From Clostridium thermobutyricum (GTDB lineage: Bacteria > Bacillota > Clostridia > Ch29): DNA of 64,000 nucleotides. The notes under the pieces were generated by a model, which did not search any database, was not told the DNA's origin, and saw only the letters and a program-made list of their open reading frames with translations. Location of the stretch: assembly GCA_016841565.1 (NCBI GenBank), contig JAENYX010000007.1:25664-89663 (forward strand), given 5' to 3'. This document shows, in pieces, positions 1 through 9,643 of the stretch. Position numbers and translations under genes: made by a program. Each line of letters starts with the position of its first letter. Positions within the stretch are counted from its first letter, which is position 1.

Positions 1-1
1 A

Positions 2-1831
2 TGTGAAGCCAGTCTTGCTGCCGCAAGACTGGGATGTAAAACCCTGGTGGTAACCCTTAATCTTGACAGCATTGCACTTATGGCATGCAATCCCGCAATA
101 GGGGGTACCGGTAAGGGTCACCTGGTAAGGGAAATAGATGCCCTTGGCGGAGAGATGGGAATAGTAACCGATAAAACTTTTATTCAGATCAAAATGTTGA
201 ATACCGGCAAGGGGCCTGCGGTACATTCCCTCAGAGCTCAGGCCGATAAAAAGGATTATCAGACCCAGATGAAGAAGACTCTGGAAGAACAGGAGAATCT
301 TGATATAAAGCAGGATGAAGTAACAGATTTAATAGTTGAACAGGGCAAATGCAAAGGCATAAAGACGAAAAACGGGGCTGTCTTTAACAGTAAAACAGTA
401 ATACTGACAACAGGAGTGTATTTGAAGGGAAGGATTTTCATTGGCGATATTAGCTACGAGGGAGGACCCTACGGGCTGTTTGCCGCCAACCAGCTTTCAA
501 ATGGGCTGGAAAAAGCAGGCCTTAAGCTGATGAGGTTCAAAACCGGAACCCCGGCGAGGGTACACAGCGATTCGCTGGACTATTCGGTTATGATAGAACA
601 AAAGGGGGACCGGGAAATAGTACCCTTTTCCTTTCTCAACGAATTTGAAAACCTGGAGAGAGAACAGGTCTCATGCTGGCTTACTTATACCAACTCAAAA
701 ACCCATCAAATTGTACAGGACAACATATCCAGATCTGCGCTGTATGGAGGGGAGATAACCGGCGTGGGACCAAGGTACTGTCCTTCAATAGAAGGCAAAC
801 TTACTGTATTTCCCGATAAGCAGACACACCAGCTTTTCGTGGAACCCGAAGGAAGGGATACCCGGGAAATGTATGTACAAGGCATGTCCACCAGTTTGCC
901 CGAGGATGTTCAGGTACAGTTTTACCGGTCCATTAAGGGATTGGAAAGGGTAAAGATTATGAGAACGGCATATGCAATTGAATATGACTGTATAGATCCT
1001 ACACAGTTAAAGCTTTCACTGGAATGTATGGATATTGAAAATCTGTTTTGCGCCGGACAGATAAACGGCAGCTCGGGATATGAGGAAGCGGCAGCCCAGG
1101 GAATAATGGCCGGGATAAATGCAGCCAGGAAAATAAATCATCAGGAGCCAATAATAATTGACCGGTCGGAAGGCTATATCGGAGTACTGATAGACGATTT
1201 GGTGACAAAGGGGACGCAGGAGCCCTACCGGATTATGACTTCCAGAGCGGAATACAGGCTTATATTAAGACAGGATAATGCCGACCGGAGGTTGACCCAA
1301 AAGGGATATGAGATAGGCTTGGTTACCCAGGAAAGATATACGAAGTATATGAATAAAGTGAGAAGTATAGAATCTGAAATGCAAAGGCTAAAAGATACTG
1401 TAGTTTCCCCTTCTGAACAGACAAACGCATTCTTAAGAGAAAGGGGAAGCTCGGAAATAATGACCGGTATAAGTCTTTATGAGCTTTTGAAGCGACCGGA
1501 GATTGAGTATGAAACCCTTGGGGCTTTGGATGAGGGAAGGCCGGATTTGCCCAAAACCATAGGCAAACAGGTGGAAACAGAAATAAAATACCAAGGCTAT
1601 ATAAAAAAACAATTAATACAGGTGGAGCAGCATAAAAAGATGGAGAGCAGAAAGCTTGAACCCGGGATTGATTACTCCAAGATTAAAGGGCTTAGGCTGG
1701 AAGCACAGGAAAAGTTAAACAAAATAAAACCTCATTCCATTGGTCAGGCCTCCAGAATAACAGGAGTTTCTCCGGCAGATATATCGGTACTAATGGTATA
1801 CCTTGAGCAGAAAAGAAGGACGGAGAAATAA
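2..1831 (+). CDS. mnmG: tRNA uridine 5-carboxymethylaminomethyl modification enzyme MnmG (GidA), N-terminus truncated by window start
   Basis: The reading frame is open from nt 2 and codes [22 protein letters not shown]...NPAIGG...[10 protein letters not shown], which is the FAD-binding N-terminal region of GidA. The rest of the 594-aa ORF shows GidA-typical motifs, and rsmG follows with a 1-nt TAATG overlap. Confidence 0.9.
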   Translation, partial: CEASLAAARLGCKTLVVTLNLDSIALMACNPAIGGTGKGHLVREIDALGGEMGIVTDKTFIQIKMLNTGKGPAVHSLRAQADKKDYQTQMKKTLEEQENLDIKQDEVTDLIVEQGKCKGIKTKNGAVFNSKTVILTTGVYLKGRIFIGDISYEGGPYGLFAANQLSNGLEKAGLKLMRFKTGTPARVHSDSLDYSVMIEQKGDREIVPFSFLNEFENLEREQVSCWLTYTNSKTHQIVQDNISRSALYGGEITGVGPRYCPSIEGKLTVFPDKQTHQLFVEPEGRDTREMYVQGMSTSLPEDVQVQFYRSIKGLERVKIMRTAYAIEYDCIDPTQLKLSLECMDIENLFCAGQINGSSGYEEAAAQGIMAGINAARKINHQEPIIIDRSEGYIGVLIDDLVTKGTQEPYRIMTSRAEYRLILRQDNADRRLTQKGYEIGLVTQERYTKYMNKVRSIESEMQRLKDTVVSPSEQTNAFLRERGSSEIMTGISLYELLKRPEIEYETLGALDEGRPDLPKTIGKQVETEIKYQGYIKKQLIQVEQHKKMESRKLEPGIDYSKIKGLRLEAQEKLNKIKPHSIGQASRITGVSPADISVLMVYLEQKRRTEK

Positions 1832-2553
1832 TGGACAGGATGGTTAGGCTGCTAAAAGAGGGAACGGAGCAAATGGGGCTTTTAATTAATGAGGAACAGA
1901 CAGACAGGATGATGAGGTATATGGGAATGCTGGTGGAGTGGAACGCAAAATTTAATCTTACCTCCATTACCGACAAACAAGACATTGTAACCAAGCATTT
2001 CCTGGATTCTCTTACATGCGCAGCAACCGGATATGTCCATAACAGGCATAGAGCTATCGATGTGGGGACGGGAGCCGGATTTCCCGGTATACCACTGAAA
2101 ATTGTATATCCCGGAATGGAGATGACGCTGCTTGATTCTTTGAATAAAAGAATAGAATTCCTTAAATATGTGGCCGTCCGACTGGGGCTTGAGGGGTCGG
2201 AGCCTCTGCACGGCAGGGCAGAGGATATGGCCAGAAGCCCGGTGCATAGGGAGAAGTATGACGTGTGTTTTTCCAGGGCGGTAGCGCACCTTTCGGTTGT
2301 GGGAGAATACTGTCTGCCCTTTGTAAAGGTTGGCGGAGTTTTTCTCGCTATGAAAGGACCGGGATACCTGGAAGAAATAAAGGAGGCGGATAAGGCTGTA
2401 CATATATTGGGAGGGGAGATTGCAGACACCAGGGAATTCAGACTTCCCTTTACCGATATAAACCATTACATAATTATAATAAGAAAACAAAGGGCTACAG
2501 GGTCAGAATATCCAAGAAAAGCCGGCAGACCTACGAAAAAACCGTTAAGATGA
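1831..2553 (+). CDS. rsmG: 16S rRNA (guanine527-N7)-methyltransferase RsmG (GidB)
   Basis: A 240-aa ORF placed directly after mnmG as in the conserved order. It carries the SAM methyltransferase motif IDVGTGAGFPGIPLKI typical of GidB. Confidence 0.85.
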   Translation: MDRMVRLLKEGTEQMGLLINEEQTDRMMRYMGMLVEWNAKFNLTSITDKQDIVTKHFLDSLTCAATGYVHNRHRAIDVGTGAGFPGIPLKIVYPGMEMTLLDSLNKRIEFLKYVAVRLGLEGSEPLHGRAEDMARSPVHREKYDVCFSRAVAHLSVVGEYCLPFVKVGGVFLAMKGPGYLEEIKEADKAVHILGGEIADTREFRLPFTDINHYIIIIRKQRATGSEYPRKAGRPTKKPLR

Positions 2554-2714
2554 AGAAGCATGAAAATATATGTAGAACGATTTTTTTAAAAAGCAGGAGG
2601 AACAAAGGAACAGGCAAAGAAATAGATAAGGGACGGATTTCCGGGCACCATTCGAAAAGAGTATTAATGCTTATATAAGGTGATGTCTGTCATGGATAAA
2701 CCTAAGGAGAAAGG

Positions 2715-3551
2715 GTGGCTGAGATGGCAGGAAGACCAGAGACAATAATAGAACAAGTGGAAATAGACAAAATTAGGCCAAACCCATATCAACCCAGGAA
2801 AAAATTCAATAGTATTTCCATTGAGGAATTGGCACTGTCTATTGAAGAATACGGTGTGTTGCAGCCGATAGCTGTCAAAAGAATGAATGATGGGTTTTTT
2901 GAGCTGATTGCAGGGGAAAGACGGGTAAAGGCAGCAAAGCACGCCGGATTAACCCACATTCCGGCAATAGTAATGGAGATATTGGACGAGGATTCTGCAG
3001 TTATTGCACTGATTGAAAATTTGCAGAGAGAAGATCTGAACTTTTTTGAAGAAGCGGAAGGATATTATTATCTTATGAACGATTACGGGCTTACCCAGGA
3101 GCAGGTAGCCAAAAAAGTGGGCAAAAACCAGTCCACAATAGCAAATAAAATAAGACTGTTAAGGCTGTCAAAGGAAGTAAGGGCGTACATAATACAAAAC
3201 GAGCTGACCGAGAGGCATGCCCGGGCATTGCTGAAAATCCCCGAGCAGGCCATACAGCTTACGCTTCTGGCCAGAATTGCCGATAAGAATCTCCGGGTCA
3301 AGGATACGGAAGATTTGGTGGACAGGGTGCTGACCAAGCTGACCACAAAGCAGGAGGATATCATACAGGAGGAAATCAACAGGAGCATTAAGGGAACCAT
3401 TAATTACAGAATATACGTAAACACGATCAAGAATGCCTACAGAGCAATAGTACAGTCGGGAATACAAGCCGAATTCAGCCAGAGGGATTCTGATGAATAT
3501 GTTGAAGTGGTGGTAAAAATACCAAAATGCGCAGCGGCTTCTTCTCAATAA
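2715..3551 (+). CDS. noc: ParB-family nucleoid-occlusion-like protein (Noc-like paralogue of Spo0J)
   Basis: A 278-aa ORF with the ParB N-terminal box IAGERRVKAAKHAGL and an HTH, sitting between rsmG and soj as noc does in Bacillus. It starts at a GTG preceded by AAGGAGA. Confidence 0.7.
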   Translation: MAEMAGRPETIIEQVEIDKIRPNPYQPRKKFNSISIEELALSIEEYGVLQPIAVKRMNDGFFELIAGERRVKAAKHAGLTHIPAIVMEILDEDSAVIALIENLQREDLNFFEEAEGYYYLMNDYGLTQEQVAKKVGKNQSTIANKIRLLRLSKEVRAYIIQNELTERHARALLKIPEQAIQLTLLARIADKNLRVKDTEDLVDRVLTKLTTKQEDIIQEEINRSIKGTINYRIYVNTIKNAYRAIVQSGIQAEFSQRDSDEYVEVVVKIPKCAAASSQ

Positions 3552-3584
3552 TGTCCTTTTTAAGCAAAAGGAAGGTAGCGAAAT

Positions 3585-3613
3585 AAAAAAATCTGCTAAA
3601 AGCAGATTTTTTT
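3585..3613. terminator. Rho-independent terminator after the noc-like gene
   Basis: AAAAAATCTGC-taaa-GCAGATTTTTT forms a perfect hairpin flanked by A and T runs, so it looks bidirectional. Confidence 0.7.
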
Positions 3614-3684
3614 ATTTATAAAGAAGGAACTGGTACTAAAATAAAGAATCTAGATAGAATAATACAAGTATAAGAGGTGATTGA

Positions 3685-4461
3685 GTGTCAAAGGTAATAG
3701 CGGTATTCAACCAGAAAGGCGGAGTGGGAAAGACTACCACCAATGTTAACTTGAGCTCATGTATTGCGGTAAGAGGCAAAAAGGTGCTTGTGGTTGATAT
3801 AGATCCCCAGGGCAATACCACCAGTGGTTTGGGCATAGACAAGAAAGGACTGCAGAAGACCATATATGAAGTGCTGATTGGAGAATCCAAGGCAGAACAA
3901 GTGATAATTAAAACACCCATTGAAAATTTGTACATATTGCCTTCAAGCGTTCAGCTGGCAGGAGCCGAAATAGAGCTTACAGACCTTGAGGAAAGGGAGA
4001 AAATGCTTAAAAATGCCCTGCAAGATGTAAGGGACAGCTATGATTATGTTTTTGTGGATTGTCCTCCTTCACTGGGTTTGCTTACAATTAACGCCCTTGC
4101 TGCGGCCGACAGCGTACTGATCCCTATACAATGCGAATATTATGCACTGGAAGGGGTCAGCCAGCTGATGAATACCATATGGCTGGTACAAAGAGGGCTA
4201 AACCCCGATCTCAAGATAGAGGGGGTTGTGCTCAGCATGTTTGACGGGCGTACAAATTTATCAATACAGGTTGTAGATGAGGTTAAAAGCTATTTTAAAG
4301 GCAAGGTGTATACCAGCATAATACCGCGAAACATTAGATTGGCAGAGGCACCCAGCTACGGGATACCAATACTTATGTATGATCCCAAATCAAAGGGAGC
4401 AGAAGCTTATGAGGAATTGGCAGATGAATTTATTGAATATAGTAAGGAGGAACAGGTATAA
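3685..4461 (+). CDS. soj: Chromosome partitioning ATPase Soj/ParA
   Basis: It has the deviant Walker A KGGVGKTTT near the N-terminus. The GTG start is preceded by AGAGGTGA, and the 3' end overlaps the spo0J start in TAATG. Confidence 0.9.
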   Translation: MSKVIAVFNQKGGVGKTTTNVNLSSCIAVRGKKVLVVDIDPQGNTTSGLGIDKKGLQKTIYEVLIGESKAEQVIIKTPIENLYILPSSVQLAGAEIELTDLEEREKMLKNALQDVRDSYDYVFVDCPPSLGLLTINALAAADSVLIPIQCEYYALEGVSQLMNTIWLVQRGLNPDLKIEGVVLSMFDGRTNLSIQVVDEVKSYFKGKVYTSIIPRNIRLAEAPSYGIPILMYDPKSKGAEAYEELADEFIEYSKEEQV

Positions 4462-5300
4462 TGTCAAAACAGAGGTTGGGCAAAGGACTTAATGCGCTAA
4501 TTCCGGAGCTGCCGCAAATGGGCGAGCAGGGAGTTCAGGAGGTTCTAATAACCGATATATCACCCAACAAGAACCAGCCCCGGCAGCAGTTTGATGCCGA
4601 GAAAATGGAACAGTTAGCCCAGTCTATTTTGAAGCATGGGATAGTGCAGCCCATAGCGTTGAGAGAAATTGACCAGGGGTTTGAAATAGTTGCGGGAGAA
4701 AGAAGATGGAGAGCCGCCAGGATGGCAGGGTTAAAGACCATACCAGCTGTTGTTATGGAGCTTGATGAACGACAGGTAATGGAGATAGCTCTGGTGGAGA
4801 ATCTGCAAAGGGAGGATCTTAACCCCATTGAAGAGGCAGAGGCTTATAGAATACTTATGGAGGATTTCAGCCTGACTCAGGAGGAAATATCATCGGCTGT
4901 TGGGAAAAGCAGGCCGGCAATAGCCAATACCTTGAGACTTCTGGGACTACCTGACGACATTAAAAAAATGGTGAGAAGCAACTTGCTGACAGCAGGACAT
5001 GCCAGAGCTTTAATCACTCTTGAAGAAAGTGAGCAGAAAAAAGTCGCTCAAAAGATATTGAAGGAAAATCTAAGCGTCAGAGAGACCGAGAAACTTATTG
5101 GCAGCATGTCAAAACCGCATAAAAATCAGGTTGCGCAGGCGAGAGACAAGAAACCGTGGATAATTGAAATGGAAGGGCTGCTTGGTGAAACGCTGGGAAC
5201 AAAGGTCCAAATAGTACAGGGGAGAAAAAAAGGTAAAATAGAGATCGAATACTATAGCGCTGAGGACCTGGAAAGAATTCTGGAAATGATAAAAGGGTGA
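4461..5300 (+). CDS. spo0J: Chromosome partitioning protein Spo0J/ParB
   Basis: The ParB box VAGERRWRAARMAGL and an HTH are present, and the gene is translationally coupled to soj. A parS site follows immediately after the stop codon. Confidence 0.9.
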   Translation: MSKQRLGKGLNALIPELPQMGEQGVQEVLITDISPNKNQPRQQFDAEKMEQLAQSILKHGIVQPIALREIDQGFEIVAGERRWRAARMAGLKTIPAVVMELDERQVMEIALVENLQREDLNPIEEAEAYRILMEDFSLTQEEISSAVGKSRPAIANTLRLLGLPDDIKKMVRSNLLTAGHARALITLEESEQKKVAQKILKENLSVRETEKLIGSMSKPHKNQVAQARDKKPWIIEMEGLLGETLGTKVQIVQGRKKGKIEIEYYSAEDLERILEMIKG

Positions 5301-5316
5301 TGTTTCACGTGAAACA
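5301..5316. other. parS: parS centromere-like site (perfect 16-bp palindrome TGTTTCACGTGAAACA)
   Basis: The sequence matches the Firmicutes parS consensus TGTTNCACGTGAAACA exactly. It starts the base after the spo0J TGA stop. Confidence 0.85.
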
Positions 5317-5335
5317 ATATAAGGAGAGATGTTGC

Positions 5336-6220
5336 ATGAAGGCATATTTGGTCAATGCCTTTACTTATAAGGGAAGAGGAGGCAATCAGGCCGGAGTTGT
5401 ACTCTGCCGGGAGTTCCCAAAACAAGAAACAATGCAAAGGATGGCCGAAATAATAGGATTTTCCGAAACAGCCTTTATATGTCCCGGCCAGGAATGCTAT
5501 AACAGCAGATTTTTTACACCCCAATGTGAGGTGCCCGTTTGCGGACATGCTACAATCGCCGCGTTTACCCTTCTGGGCACACTGGAGATGATAAGGGATA
5601 AGGAAGGCACCGTGACTGTGATGCAAAACACCAAGGCCGGAAAGCTGCCGGTTTATATCAGCTTCCGGCAGGGGATGGTGGAACGGGTGTATATGGAGCA
5701 AACAAAGCCTTGCACATTCGGGACAATGGAGAAGGAAGATGTGAATGAACTATATGCCTCTCTTGGCCTTGAGACAAAGTGTGTTGGAATAAAAGGGCAT
5801 ATGGACACCCTTCCGGAAATTATCAGTACAGGTCTTCCGGATATAATTGCTCCGGTGCTTACAAAAAAAGCCCTGGATGGCATGAAACCGGATTTTGGCA
5901 GACTGGCCCGGCTTTCTCACCGTCTTGGAGTGGTTGGAGCCCATGCTTTTACATTAGAAACCGAGAATGCCGGTTTCACTGCACGATGCAGGAATTTTGG
6001 GCCTGCTGTAGGAATAAATGAGGAGGCTGCCACCGGGACATCTAATGGCGCTTTGGGATATTATTTGTATAAACGGGGATTGTTAAAAGACGGGGAAATG
6101 GCATGCGAGCAAGGGTTCGGCATGGGAAGGCCTTCTGCAATTTATGTCAGTGTAGGGCAGGACGGTTTGCGGGTGGGAGGAGAGGCTACCATAACAGGAG
6201 AAAAGGATATCAGGCCGTAA
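5336..6220 (+). CDS. PhzF-family isomerase-like protein
   Basis: The protein (MKAYLVNAFT...NQAGVV...FSETAF...) has a PhzF/DAP-epimerase-like fold signature. The ATG at 5336 has an AAGGAGAG RBS 8 nt upstream, whereas the longer ORF-track start would lie inside the parS site. Confidence 0.75.
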   Translation: MKAYLVNAFTYKGRGGNQAGVVLCREFPKQETMQRMAEIIGFSETAFICPGQECYNSRFFTPQCEVPVCGHATIAAFTLLGTLEMIRDKEGTVTVMQNTKAGKLPVYISFRQGMVERVYMEQTKPCTFGTMEKEDVNELYASLGLETKCVGIKGHMDTLPEIISTGLPDIIAPVLTKKALDGMKPDFGRLARLSHRLGVVGAHAFTLETENAGFTARCRNFGPAVGINEEAATGTSNGALGYYLYKRGLLKDGEMACEQGFGMGRPSAIYVSVGQDGLRVGGEATITGEKDIRP

Positions 6221-6581
6221 GCACATCACGGGTCTGGGGACCAATGGCAGGTATAAAGCAGTGTGACTGCAGCGGCCGAAAGAATTAAAGCTGCGATTCA
6301 CTCCCGGCACCAAGGGTTTTAAAATTGCGTGATGTTAAACCAGACATACCGGAAATGCTCATGACAGCACAAAAACTCATTTCTCTGTTTATGCTTTTCA
6401 TAGACAAGCTCTCGATTCTGCGTTGGCAACAATAAACTGCCGGCCATCGGCCGGCCGCTGTTACTCCCAAACGGCAAAGCGGCAGCTGACATTATTGACT
6501 GTTTTTTACCCATAGTGGAAATTTTCCGGGCCACAACATAGTATATATTATGCTGCAATGTGAAGATAGGGGATATAATAT

Positions 6582-6597
6582 TGTTTCACGTGAAACA
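6582..6597. other. parS: Second parS site, identical copy TGTTTCACGTGAAACA
   Basis: This is the same perfect palindrome as at 5301. It lies 3 nt downstream of a TATAAT-like hexamer (gatataat) and 73 nt upstream of the cysteine desulfurase ATG. Confidence 0.85.
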
Positions 6598-6670
6598 TTA
6601 ATTAGGAACACCTCTTTGACGGCTTATTTCAAAGCCAATGTGTTCCAAGCCTTAATTAGGAGGTTTATAT

Positions 6671-7813
6671 ATGATATACTTGGATAATGCTGCTACCAGC
6701 TTTCCCAAGCCTGAACAGGTGTACGTTGAAATGGACAAATGCATGCGAAATTACGGTGCCAATCCGGGCAGATCGGGGCATAAAATTGCTATCGAGGCGG
6801 GCAGAGCCATCTATAAAACCAGAGAGCTTTTATGCAGGCTTTTCAATATAGAAAATCCCATGCAGATTGTGTTTACTGCAAACGCTACCGAATCCCTCAA
6901 CCTTGGGATTAAAGGATTGTTGAAAGAGGGAGACCACGTTGTCACCACTTCCATGGAACACAATTCGGTGGCCAGACCTTTGACTACATTGGAAACAAAG
7001 GGTATTAGCACAACCTTTGTCGGGTGTGATGAAAAGGGGAGGCTTAGACTTAAGGATATTGAGACGGCAATTAAAAAGGATACCGCCCTTATTGTGATGA
7101 CCCATGCATCCAACGTTGTAGGAACCCTTATGCCTATAGGGGAGGTGGGTGCAATTGCCAAAAAAAAAGGCATACCCTTCATGGTGGATGCCGCTCAGAC
7201 AGCAGGAGTATTTGACATAGATGTACAGGAAATGGATATTGACTTACTTGCTTTTCCCGGGCACAAAGGGCTTATGGGGCCTCAGGGGACAGGAGGCCTG
7301 TATATAAGCCAAGAGCTTGATGTTATACAGATGAAGGAAGGCGGAACCGGGAGCAGTTCGGAGAATCTGCTTCAGCCTGCTATTGCGCCCGACAGATACG
7401 AAAGCGGAACACCCAATACAGCGGGCATAGTAGGACTGGGAGAAGGCGTCAGATTTATACTTGACAGAGGTATTGCTAATATCAGAAAGCATGAAGAGGA
7501 ATTGACAGACATGCTTCTGCAGGGTTTTAAGGAAATACCCGGCGTAAAAATATACGGGCTTGCCCAGCCAAAGCTTCAGGCGGCTGTTGTGTCTATAAAC
7601 ATCGGACAGGGCGATTCCGGGGAAATGAGTTATGTTTTGGATAAATTATACGGCATTGCAACCCGCGCCGGGCTGCATTGTGCTCCGTTGGCGCATAAAA
7701 CCATAGGCACCTTTGAACAGGGAACCATCAGGTTCAGTATTGGCTATTTCAATACCCATCAGGATATAGAGGCTGCAATTCAAGCGGTCAGACAAATTGC
7801 AGCCGAGATGTAA
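6671..7813 (+). CDS. Cysteine desulfurase family protein (class V aminotransferase, NifS/IscS-like)
   Basis: The N-terminus MIYLDNAATSFPKP, the PLP-lysine region SFPGHKGLMGPQG and the active-site cysteine loop GLHCA near the C-terminus are all present. The ORF is 380 aa with an AGGAGG RBS. Confidence 0.85.
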   Translation: MIYLDNAATSFPKPEQVYVEMDKCMRNYGANPGRSGHKIAIEAGRAIYKTRELLCRLFNIENPMQIVFTANATESLNLGIKGLLKEGDHVVTTSMEHNSVARPLTTLETKGISTTFVGCDEKGRLRLKDIETAIKKDTALIVMTHASNVVGTLMPIGEVGAIAKKKGIPFMVDAAQTAGVFDIDVQEMDIDLLAFPGHKGLMGPQGTGGLYISQELDVIQMKEGGTGSSSENLLQPAIAPDRYESGTPNTAGIVGLGEGVRFILDRGIANIRKHEEELTDMLLQGFKEIPGVKIYGLAQPKLQAAVVSINIGQGDSGEMSYVLDKLYGIATRAGLHCAPLAHKTIGTFEQGTIRFSIGYFNTHQDIEAAIQAVRQIAAEM

Positions 7814-7831
7814 AGGATTAAGACTGAAAAT

Positions 7832-7859
7832 AAACAAACAGCCCTAGGGCTGTTTGTTT
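7832..7859. terminator. Bidirectional rho-independent terminator between convergent genes
   Basis: AAACAAACAGCCC-ta-GGGCTGTTTGTTT is a 13-bp perfect stem with T-rich flanks on both strands. The hairpin loop contains the stop codon of the minus-strand transporter gene. Confidence 0.75.
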
Positions 7860-9025
7860 ATTTCTTTCCATTGAGGGAGGAGCATGGTTTTCTGCAGAGC
7901 CTTTACTATTATTACGGCTAAAGGGCCAATCAGAATTCCTGCTACTCCAAAAATCTGTATCCCGAGGTACAGAGAAGCCAGTGTCACCAGGGGGTGCAGG
8001 CCGATGTTTTTACCCATTATTTTAGGCTCAATTATTTGCCTTGTTATTGTTATTACACCGTACAGAATAATCAGCGGTACCCCCAGCCGGTAGTTGCCAA
8101 GCACTATATTAATAATTGCCCAGGGAACCAGCACCGCCCCAGTGCCCAGTATTGGCAGAGCATCTATCAATCCTATAATTATAGCCATGGTAAGGGCGTA
8201 GGGGATGCCAATAAAATATAAACCGGTTATTGTTATCAGGAAGGTTATACCCATGATAGTCAACTGTGCCTTAATAAATCCTCCGAAGGCTTTGATCAAG
8301 TCGGCATATACGCTTTTCAATCTTACCAGAAGGTCGGCGGGCAGTTGTGAGGCAGAGAAGTCTCGTATCAGCCTTATGTCTTTACTCATCAGATATGAGG
8401 CAATTATAGTAACTATTACAAATATAACGGTTTTTGGAAAGAAGGTTAACAGGGCCATGGATTTACCTATGGTGCTGCTGACTGCCGCAGTTATGGAATT
8501 AATTAAATTGAGGACGCTTGTGTTTACCAGTTGCGCCGTTTGGGGAGGCAGATTTATATATATAGTTTGTGCCTGCGACATCAAATCCTGTGTTGCTATT
8601 CTGGCCATTTTGGCGTACTGCGGTAAACGTTCCAGAAAATTGCTTAGTTCTGTTATCAGCTGTGATGTTCCTATAAATAATAGGAAGCTGAGAAAGGCGA
8701 AAAACAACAGCACAAGGGATATGGAGGTTAGGCCGCGCGGGAGCTTTGTCTTTTTGTCCAGAAGAGTAATTATTGGGTTTATAATAATCGCAATAATCCA
8801 GGCTATTATAAAAGGCAAAATATAGACAAACAATTTGGTAACAAACAGATATATAAGCAAAATGATGCTGACGACGAAAACTGTTTTAAAGAAATAGACG
8901 GTGTATTTCTGATACTCCTGCACAATTAACCCCCCTATATATTTTGTACAAATTATTACCATTTTTCTTTTCTTTAATAATAGTCTAGCATAATAATAAG
9001 TTAAAGTATATATTGAGCAGATCAA
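7844..9025 (-). CDS. AI-2E family transporter (PerM/UPF0118) membrane protein
   Basis: The ORF encodes a multi-TM hydrophobic protein with the AI-2E-like pattern (FIIAWIIAIIINP..., LPILGTGAVLVPWAII). The start codon is uncertain, and the ATG at 8962 (MVIICTK) is an alternative. Confidence 0.7.
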   Translation of the reverse strand: MICSIYTLTYYYARLLLKKRKMVIICTKYIGGLIVQEYQKYTVYFFKTVFVVSIILLIYLFVTKLFVYILPFIIAWIIAIIINPIITLLDKKTKLPRGLTSISLVLLFFAFLSFLLFIGTSQLITELSNFLERLPQYAKMARIATQDLMSQAQTIYINLPPQTAQLVNTSVLNLINSITAAVSSTIGKSMALLTFFPKTVIFVIVTIIASYLMSKDIRLIRDFSASQLPADLLVRLKSVYADLIKAFGGFIKAQLTIMGITFLITITGLYFIGIPYALTMAIIIGLIDALPILGTGAVLVPWAIINIVLGNYRLGVPLIILYGVITITRQIIEPKIMGKNIGLHPLVTLASLYLGIQIFGVAGILIGPLAVIIVKALQKTMLLPQWKEINKQP

Positions 9026-9127
9026 TAAATCTGCGCAGGTGCATTTTTTGCAAAACTACATCTGCTCGGATTAGAAGGAAAATGTCTATAAGTGTAGAAT
9101 ATATATATTTGATATTGGAGGGGGATT

Positions 9128-9643
9128 ATGAATAACGACATGATATTTGAGCTGGTACAAAGGAATTATATACTGGTTATAACCATTTGCGTCATGGCAG
9201 TAGCAGCTTTATTTTTTTTGTTGTGTGTTATTTCCGCTAAAACTGCCGGATTATACCGCAGGTATAACAAGCTTATGAAAAACAGCAGTGGAGACAGCAT
9301 AGAGAATCTTATTGTAAGGTATACTGAAAAAATTGACAGTTTGGAAAAGAAAAACACGGTTTTGGGAAAAAGGATAGGAAGGCTGGAAGCAGGGCATAGG
9401 GGTTGTGTTCAGAAAATTGGTCTGGTAAGATATAATGCATATCAGGATACGGGATGTGATTTGAGTTTTTCTCTGGCCCTGCTGGACCATGATGATCATG
9501 GAGTGGTAATGAGCAGTCTATATGCAAGAGATGGAAGCGTTATCTATGCAAAACCTCTGCAGAAGGGCAAAAGCCAATACACTCTGTCAAAGGAAGAAGA
9601 GGAAGCAATTAAAATGGCCGTACGGCAGGGGGAGTCAAAATGA
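9128..9643 (+). CDS. DUF4446-like protein (single N-terminal TM; conserved neighbour of parAB in sporeformers)
   Basis: A 171-aa ORF with a GGAGGGGG RBS, one N-terminal TM helix and a coiled-coil segment. Its stop overlaps the next gene's start in ATGA. The family name is tentative. Confidence 0.5.
   Translation: MNNDMIFELVQRNYILVITICVMAVAALFFLLCVISAKTAGLYRRYNKLMKNSSGDSIENLIVRYTEKIDSLEKKNTVLGKRIGRLEAGHRGCVQKIGLVRYNAYQDTGCDLSFSLALLDHDDHGVVMSSLYARDGSVIYAKPLQKGKSQYTLSKEEEEAIKMAVRQGESK

Noticed and set aside
1692-2429. A 245-aa antisense ORF opposite rsmG, and similar long antisense ORFs at 8205-8825, 11586-12274, 34035-34946, 35850-36347, 49651-50295 and 52719-53654
   Set aside because: All lie opposite well-supported genes and are low-complexity or Ser/Pro/Cys-rich, without RBS or known domains. 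They are typical shadow ORFs.
5297-5335. ORF-track N-terminal extensions (5297, 10410, 25092, 28209, 57118, 60936, 46012, 43732)
   Set aside because: The internal ATG/GTG starts have proper Shine-Dalgarno spacing and match the family-typical N-termini. The extensions overlap upstream genes, terminators or the parS site.
6221-6670. T-box, SAM or other known riboswitch upstream of the desulfurase
   Set aside because: No T-box AGGGTGGNACCGCG, SAM-I core or other riboswitch consensus could be found by eye, so only an unexplained structured region is reported.
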